DNA of 64,000 nt, taken from NCBI GenBank assembly GCA_963727625.1, contig CAVSHR010000005.1, positions 128,001 through 192,000 of the forward strand, given 5' to 3'. The notes under the pieces were generated by a model. That model had not been told where the DNA came from and did not search any database. It saw only the letters and a list, made by a program, of their open reading frames with translations. The DNA is from an uncultured delta proteobacterium (lineage in GTDB: Bacteria; Desulfobacterota; Binatia; UBA9968). Of the stretch, positions 58,313 to 64,000 are shown in pieces (position 1 is the stretch's first letter; every line of letters starts with the position of its first letter). A program made the position numbers and the translations under genes.

Positions 58313-58921
58313 ATGATCAAGCTTTACACGTTTCCGCCCTCGACCAACTCGCGCAAGGTGCGGATCGCTCTATTGGAGAAAGGATTGGAGTTCGAACGGA
58401 TTAACGTTGATCTTTCCAAAAGAGAACAAAAGAACCCTGAATATCTAAAAATTCATCCTTTCGGTCAGCTCCCCGCTCTGGATGACGAAGGTTTCATTGT
58501 CTACGATTCCACGGTCATCAACGAATATCTCGAAGACGAATATCCTTACCCGCCGCTTATGCCGAGCGATTCAGAGGGCCGAGCTCGGGCGCGTTTGTTG
58601 GAGGATTTTCGCGACACCCATTTCAATCCCTATTGCGTGCAAATTATGTACGAAGCGCGCAAGCCGGAGGGCGAGCGCGATGCCCAGCGTATCGATAACG
58701 CCAAGACCCAGATATCGGCGTGCTTCGACAGAATCGAGAGGGAGCTTCAAGGCAAAGAATATCTGGTCGGGTCCTTCAGCCTCGCCGATATTGCCTTCAT
58801 GGCAAACCTCGATCTCTTGGAACGTCTCAGTATCCCGGTGGACGCGAACAAGCATAAACACACCACGGCCTGGATCGCCCGGCTTAAAGCCAGACCAAGT
58901 TACGCCGCTTCTGCAAGCTAG
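58313..58921 (+). CDS. Glutathione S-transferase
   Basis: SRKVRIALLEKG, HPFGQLPAL, DSTVINEYL, FSLADI. Confidence 0.92.
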   Translation: MIKLYTFPPSTNSRKVRIALLEKGLEFERINVDLSKREQKNPEYLKIHPFGQLPALDDEGFIVYDSTVINEYLEDEYPYPPLMPSDSEGRARARLLEDFRDTHFNPYCVQIMYEARKPEGERDAQRIDNAKTQISACFDRIERELQGKEYLVGSFSLADIAFMANLDLLERLSIPVDANKHKHTTAWIARLKARPSYAASAS

Positions 58922-58930
58922 CTAGGCCGG

Positions 58931-59632
58931 ATGCCCTGGAGTCTCGGCATTGCCTGGCTGGTCCACCTTTATACTGCCCTCGGCGCCGTTGTCGCCTTCA
59001 TCACGGTTCTCTCGCTCGAAAAAGGAAATTTTCGCCAAGCGTTATTTTTGATGGCCTTGGCCGTCGTGATCGACGCCTCGGATGGCACGCTCGCGCGCGC
59101 CGCTCGGGTTAAGGAGTTAATCCCTTGGTTCGACGGCGATCTTCTCGATGAGCTCGTCGACTATTTCAACTATGTCATCGTTCCCTGTTTGTTTTTGCTT
59201 CGCGCTGACCTGCTGCCGCCGCACGATGCATGGTGGCTGGCGCCGTTGCCGCTGCTCGCCAGCGCCTACGGGTTTTGTCAAAAAAACGCCAAGACCGCCG
59301 ACTATTTTTTTCTCGGTTTTCCTTCCTACTGGAACATCCTGGTTTTCTATCTTTACACCTTAAAGACGCCGCTCTGGGTGAATGCTTTTCTTGTCATCGG
59401 ACTATCCGCATTGGTGTTCGTGCCGATCAAGTATATTTATCCGAGCCGGAGCCCGCGCTTTCGCAAGCCGACCAATCTTTTGGGCGCGCTTTGGGCGTTG
59501 GCGATTTTTTATGTCATCTACAGCTCGCCGGAATCGCCCGGGCCGCTGGTGTTTGCGACGCTGCTATTTCCAGTCTACTATACGGCGCTATCCCTCTGGC
59601 TAGAAATTCTCCGTATGACGGAAACATCTTAG
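58931..59632 (+). CDS. pcs: Phosphatidylcholine synthase-like CDP-alcohol phosphatidyltransferase
   Basis: VHLYTALG, DASDGTLAR..VKE.IP.FDG..LD..VDY..YV, FLGFPSYWN. Confidence 0.75.
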   Translation: MPWSLGIAWLVHLYTALGAVVAFITVLSLEKGNFRQALFLMALAVVIDASDGTLARAARVKELIPWFDGDLLDELVDYFNYVIVPCLFLLRADLLPPHDAWWLAPLPLLASAYGFCQKNAKTADYFFLGFPSYWNILVFYLYTLKTPLWVNAFLVIGLSALVFVPIKYIYPSRSPRFRKPTNLLGALWALAIFYVIYSSPESPGPLVFATLLFPVYYTALSLWLEILRMTETS

Positions 59633-59643
59633 CGAGGCTGACC

Positions 59644-61086
59644 ATGTCAAAGTTCCTGCACAACCGCACCTTGCCCGCCGTCTATATTCCCCTGATCATT
59701 TGCCTGATTTTCGCTTTTCCGGCCGCACCGGCATTCGGTCAGTCCGGCTCTGGCGGGGCAATCCCTAAATACGTCTTTTTGTTTCTTTCCGACGGCGGCG
59801 GCATGGCCCATTTGGAAATCGCCCGTCGCTATCGCCAGTTCATCCAAAACGAAGGTTACGTCATCGTCGATAAGATCATTAAAGAAGGCAGCATTGGCGT
59901 GATGACCACTCATGCCGCGGACGCGCTTTCCACCGACTCTGCCGCGGCAGCTACTTCGCTAGCGGGCGGCTGCAAGGCCAACGTCGGCGCACTCGGCATA
60001 TGCGCCGACGGGACCATCGCGGTCAGCGCCATGGAACTGGCGCGCCGGCGCGGCATGCGCCTCGCGCTGGTCACCAACTCGACCCTTTACGACGCCAGTC
60101 CCGCGGCCTTCGTTTGTCACGTGCCCAACCGCCGCGACTACGCGGCCATTGTCGATCGCTATCTCGAATTGGAACCGGACGTTCTGATGGGCGGCGGCAA
60201 GGATCAGTTTCTCCCGAAAAGCCGGCCCGGCAGCCATCGCAAGGACGAAACCGATGTGATGGCCGCGTTTGAAAGCAAGGGGTATCGTTTGGCTCAAAAC
60301 AAGTCCGAGCTCGAAAAGATCTCCCCGGGCAAAGTTTTGGGATTGTTCGCCATGCGCGATATGAGCCTGGAGCTCGATCGCGACAAGTACGTCGAGCCCT
60401 CGGTTTACGATATGACGCGGGCGACGATTCGCCTTTTGCGCGAACGAAATCGGCGCGGCTTCTTCGCCTTCATCGAATCGGAAAGTATCGACACCGCGAG
60501 CCACCTCTCCGACATCGCGTCGGTGGTTCACGAGTACCGGGAGTTCGACCGCGCCGTTGGCCTTGCTTATGATTTTTACCGCAAATATCCGCGCGAGACC
60601 TTGATTCTCGTGACTTCCGACCATGAGACCGGCGGCCTTGGATTTACACTCGCATTGAAAAATCTCGACAACACCAAAAGCGGCAACCAAATAGCTGCGA
60701 CCGATGACGATTTAAAAAAAATTCAATCGATAGATATTTCGTTGCAGAAGGCATCGCGAATCCTCGGGCGCAATCCGACACCGGCGGCGGTCGACAAACT
60801 GATGAAGGAGCACTTCCCAGGATTTACCCTCGCCGCGGAGTTCAAAGACGCGATCGTCGAGCGGCGGCCGATTTCCCGCACGCTTTTTATCGATCTCACC
60901 GCCCAGGCCCTTGGCGCCATGGTTGCGAACAATACCCAGGCTTATTGGCAAACCTCGACGCACACCAACCAGCCGGTGCTAGTGGCCGCCCTCGGCGTCG
61001 GCGCCGAGCTTTTTAGAGGCTATTACGACAACGCGGAATTCGGTAAAAAACTCAAAGCGCTGATGGAAGGGAAAGAAGCAGACTGA
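59644..61086 (+). CDS. Alkaline phosphatase (PhoA-type), exported
   Basis: FLSDGGG, TDSAAAAT, DASPAAF..H, TSDHETGG, THTN; start reassigned to MSKFLH. Confidence 0.88.
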   Translation: MSKFLHNRTLPAVYIPLIICLIFAFPAAPAFGQSGSGGAIPKYVFLFLSDGGGMAHLEIARRYRQFIQNEGYVIVDKIIKEGSIGVMTTHAADALSTDSAAAATSLAGGCKANVGALGICADGTIAVSAMELARRRGMRLALVTNSTLYDASPAAFVCHVPNRRDYAAIVDRYLELEPDVLMGGGKDQFLPKSRPGSHRKDETDVMAAFESKGYRLAQNKSELEKISPGKVLGLFAMRDMSLELDRDKYVEPSVYDMTRATIRLLRERNRRGFFAFIESESIDTASHLSDIASVVHEYREFDRAVGLAYDFYRKYPRETLILVTSDHETGGLGFTLALKNLDNTKSGNQIAATDDDLKKIQSIDISLQKASRILGRNPTPAAVDKLMKEHFPGFTLAAEFKDAIVERRPISRTLFIDLTAQALGAMVANNTQAYWQTSTHTNQPVLVAALGVGAELFRGYYDNAEFGKKLKALMEGKEAD

Positions 61087-61144
61087 GAATTAGCGAGACC
61101 CATGTTGGTTATCCGAAATAATGTGGCAAAACAACCCGTCCCGT

Positions 61145-61185
61145 TCTGGAGGATGCTACAGTCGCAAACCGTAGCATCCTCCAGA
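61145..61185. terminator. 15-bp perfect stem-loop between convergent genes
   Basis: TCTGGAGGATGCTAC-11 nt-GTAGCATCCTCCAGA. Confidence 0.65.
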
Positions 61186-61200
61186 GTTCTCGCCAAAAAA

Positions 61201-61530
61201 TTATTTTGCCAAGGAACGCACGTAACTTAAAGCTTGTTTCTGTTCTTCTTTGCTAAGTTTAGCTGCAGGCATTTTCCCTGAGCCCTGGGCGATAACCTTC
61301 AAAAGCTCCCCGTCCGGCTTCTTGGCGATATCCTTCGAGGCAATATTCAAGCCCTTTCCCCCGAGAATTTTTGCCATAGCCGGGTTGCCTTTACCGTCTG
61401 CGCCGTGACAACCGATGCACGATTTTTCGTAGAGGGCCTTTCCCGCGTTAGTGTCCGCCCCGACCGCTGTGGAAACCCAACCGCCGACGATCCAGAGAGC
61501 AATGATAAGGGGCAGTATCTTGGTTTTCAT
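61201..61530 (-). CDS. Monoheme cytochrome c
   Basis: Signal peptide, CIGCH, GKMP axial Met. Confidence 0.9.
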   Translation of the reverse strand: MKTKILPLIIALWIVGGWVSTAVGADTNAGKALYEKSCIGCHGADGKGNPAMAKILGGKGLNIASKDIAKKPDGELLKVIAQGSGKMPAAKLSKEEQKQALSYVRSLAK

Positions 61531-61631
61531 ATCTCGCTATTAATCCTTTCTGTTTTTAATATTATTAATACCTTACGAGTGTCGATATCGACCAGCACGT
61601 AATATTTTTCAAATCCTAGTGGGCGGCAAAA

Positions 61632-61976
61632 TTATTTCGCCAGAGACCTCGCATAAGCCAAAACATCCTTTTGTTCTTGCTGGCTTAAGCCCTTGCCTGA
61701 AGCAGGCATTTTACCCGCTCCTTGGGCGATGACCTTGAGAAGCTCTTGGTCTTTTTTGGCCTTGGTATCTTTCCCGACGATGTTCAGTCCCTTCTCACCC
61801 AGCGCCTTGATCATGGCCGGATTCCCTTTACCGTCTGCGCCATGGCAGGACACACAAAGCTTATCATAGGTCGCTTTGCCCGGCTTGGCATCGGCCGACC
61901 ATGCGCAAGGACTGTTCCACGCTGTCATTAGAACTATACCCGCCAAAATACCCAACCCTCTACTGAATTGCGTCAT
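61632..61976 (-). CDS. Monoheme cytochrome c (paralog)
   Basis: Signal peptide, CVSCH, GADGKGNPAM and GKMP shared with the neighbour. Confidence 0.9.
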   Translation of the reverse strand: MTQFSRGLGILAGIVLMTAWNSPCAWSADAKPGKATYDKLCVSCHGADGKGNPAMIKALGEKGLNIVGKDTKAKKDQELLKVIAQGAGKMPASGKGLSQQEQKDVLAYARSLAK

Positions 61977-62059
61977 TTATTCGCCTCCTTCCGAACGGTT
62001 TTTTCTTAAAAACGCTAATCTCCAACCCATTAGACGATCACACGGCCATTTTCTTTCAA

Positions 62060-63859
62060 TCATGACGCCTTCGCAGCCTGACGAAACAAGTGGCAATCGC
62101 GGCACATCCCCTCAGAGTAATGGTTCGACTTATCGGGATGGCAGCTGTAGCAAACCTCTCTTTTGTTCACCGCCCACTGATGCGGAAGGTGACACAGCGT
62201 GCAGTCGGTTTGGGCGTGAGTCGGTTTTAGATGAAGTTCCGCGCGATTGGGATGGCACGCGATACAGGGCGTAATTGGCTTGACCTCTTGTTCCTTCAGA
62301 TGGCATGTAGCACAGGGCAGCGCTGCCATGGGAGCTCCCGCCGGATGTGTATGGCAAGTCGTGCAATCCGGCGACAGCCCTCTGCCGCGCCAGTGGCATT
62401 GATTACAGGAGAGTTGCGCGTGTTTTCCCAACAACGGCCAGGGGTGTTTGAACGTTTCGGCCGCTGCGACCTCGGTGGGTTTTGGCAGCGCGCTTTCTTG
62501 GCCGATGATTGTATGGCAGAGCTGACAATCTTTACGCAGCACCTTGCCCTCCCGGCTGACATGGTTGCCCTCGTGGCAGCGAAAGCAACCCGGGTAGAGC
62601 GTGTGTCCAATGTTGTCGGGATGGGTGCGCCAATCGACTTTCATTTCAGGAAAAATATTGGTCTGGTAAATCTTCTGCACTTCCCCAATCGCCTTCTTGA
62701 TGGCATCGCGCCGCTCTTGATAAACTTTTGGATACTGCTTCAAGTAGAAAGTATCAAGCGATGTCGCGATGCCTTCTCTGGCCGCCTCTTTGCTCGCGTA
62801 GCTTTGGCTCAAAACGCGCACTGCCTCTCTCTTGATGTAGGGCAAGGTCGAATCGATGAGACTGGTGAAAAGCGCCAAATCCACAGCGCCGTCCGGGTCG
62901 CGAAAAATATGGCTCGGGCGGTTGTGGCAATCGATGCAATCCATCCTGCGGATATCGAGCTTCTTAAGCTCCTCGGCGGTAAGTGAAACCGTGCGATCGA
63001 AGTATTCGGTGACTCTCCCTTGCTTGTCCTTGATTCTGACCCAGGGAATTTTTTGCCGCTGCGGATCGCTGGCTCCGTACCACACTTCGTTGCCGATGTT
63101 CATGTGCCAGTGGATGCCCGCAGTGATGCCCGTGGTCGGACTGCCGCCGCCGGTGCGAAGCAAGCTTCTGATTTGACGCACGCTGTTTTTCTCGTCGTGG
63201 CCAAACCGAGTAATGATCTTTAACTGGGCGCCAAAAAATTTTTCCGGCCAATGGCACTGTTCGCAAGTTTCTTGCGCCGGGCGCAGACTATGCACGGGAG
63301 TGGGGATTGGTCGGGGAAATTTGTGAAACAAGACCGAATAGATCTGATAGACTCCAGACAGCTTCGACCGCACGTACCAGCCCGCTCCCGATCCGACATG
63401 ACATTCGGCGCAGGTCACTCGGGCGTGCGGCGAATCTTGATAAGCGGTGTACTCGGGCTCCATCACGGAGTGACAAAGTTCTCCGCAAAAGGTCACCGAC
63501 TCGGTAAAATGATAGGCTTGATAGCTGACCGTGGAGATCAACCCCATCAGGAAAATGGACGAAACCACGACGAACAAAAAAATCCCGCGAGTTTTGCCAT
63601 TGTTCAAATCGATAACCGCGTAGCGGGGGAGATCTCCGAATCTGACGCGGCGTCGCCGCTCCAAATAAACACCCGCCGGAACAAGGATCACTCCCGCAAG
63701 CAAGAGCACAGGATAAATCATGTAGGTAAAGATGCCGAGGTAGGGATTGGATCTTCCGCTGATCGCCTCGATCAGAAACAAGAACAGAATAGAGACACCG
63801 CTCAGAATGACTAAGCCGGCGCCCACCAGGCTCAACGGGTGACGGAGTAAGTTACGCAT
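62060..63859 (-). CDS. Membrane-anchored NapC/NirT-like multiheme cytochrome c (13 heme motifs)
   Basis: About 3 N-terminal TM helices; one CGELCH plus 12 CxxCH motifs. Confidence 0.88.
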   Translation of the reverse strand: MRNLLRHPLSLVGAGLVILSGVSILFLFLIEAISGRSNPYLGIFTYMIYPVLLLAGVILVPAGVYLERRRRVRFGDLPRYAVIDLNNGKTRGIFLFVVVSSIFLMGLISTVSYQAYHFTESVTFCGELCHSVMEPEYTAYQDSPHARVTCAECHVGSGAGWYVRSKLSGVYQIYSVLFHKFPRPIPTPVHSLRPAQETCEQCHWPEKFFGAQLKIITRFGHDEKNSVRQIRSLLRTGGGSPTTGITAGIHWHMNIGNEVWYGASDPQRQKIPWVRIKDKQGRVTEYFDRTVSLTAEELKKLDIRRMDCIDCHNRPSHIFRDPDGAVDLALFTSLIDSTLPYIKREAVRVLSQSYASKEAAREGIATSLDTFYLKQYPKVYQERRDAIKKAIGEVQKIYQTNIFPEMKVDWRTHPDNIGHTLYPGCFRCHEGNHVSREGKVLRKDCQLCHTIIGQESALPKPTEVAAAETFKHPWPLLGKHAQLSCNQCHWRGRGLSPDCTTCHTHPAGAPMAALPCATCHLKEQEVKPITPCIACHPNRAELHLKPTHAQTDCTLCHLPHQWAVNKREVCYSCHPDKSNHYSEGMCRDCHLFRQAAKAS

Positions 63860-64000
63860 GTTCTAGATTTACGAGCTTTATATTCCTCAAAGACTTAGAT
63901 CCATTTTAAGCAAAAACTGTGTCAATTTTCCTCTGTCGTGCGCTCGGGACGCGATTTGTTTTCCGCGTCGCTCCCCGCGGTGTCCGCTTCAGCCATTCGT

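Noticed and set aside
59230-59643. N-terminal extension of the alkaline phosphatase ORF
   Set aside because: It overlaps the pcs-like gene in another frame; the signal peptide begins at ATG 59644.

Overview
Gene-dense, GC-rich bacterial chromosomal segment with about 60 CDSs and several decayed gene remnants. I found no rRNA, tRNA, CRISPR array or recognisable mobile element. The gene content and the many orphan NMT1/SsuA-like binding proteins are reminiscent of Ca. Binatia-type genomes (inference only). Highlights: (1) two probable selenoprotein genes that the ORF track misses or splits, an OsmC-like protein (8994-9503) and a UxxC glutaredoxin (57638-57874), each with an in-frame TGA at the catalytic Cys position and a downstream SECIS-like hairpin; (2) a minus-strand cluster (30.8-40.3 kb) combining three heme-oxygenase-like diiron (PqqC/CADD/TenA-type) enzymes, two bicupins, an EutA-like ATPase without EutBC in the window, a dihydroxyphthalate-decarboxylase-like protein and orphan binding proteins, which is the best candidate for an undescribed metabolic system; (3) a GMC oxidoreductase/VOC/glycogen-debranching/MOSC/GH63 carbohydrate cluster; (4) a 13-heme membrane cytochrome with two monoheme partners; (5) deletion-type pseudogene scars and structured intergenic elements. 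All family calls come from motif recognition by eye; no database searches were run.
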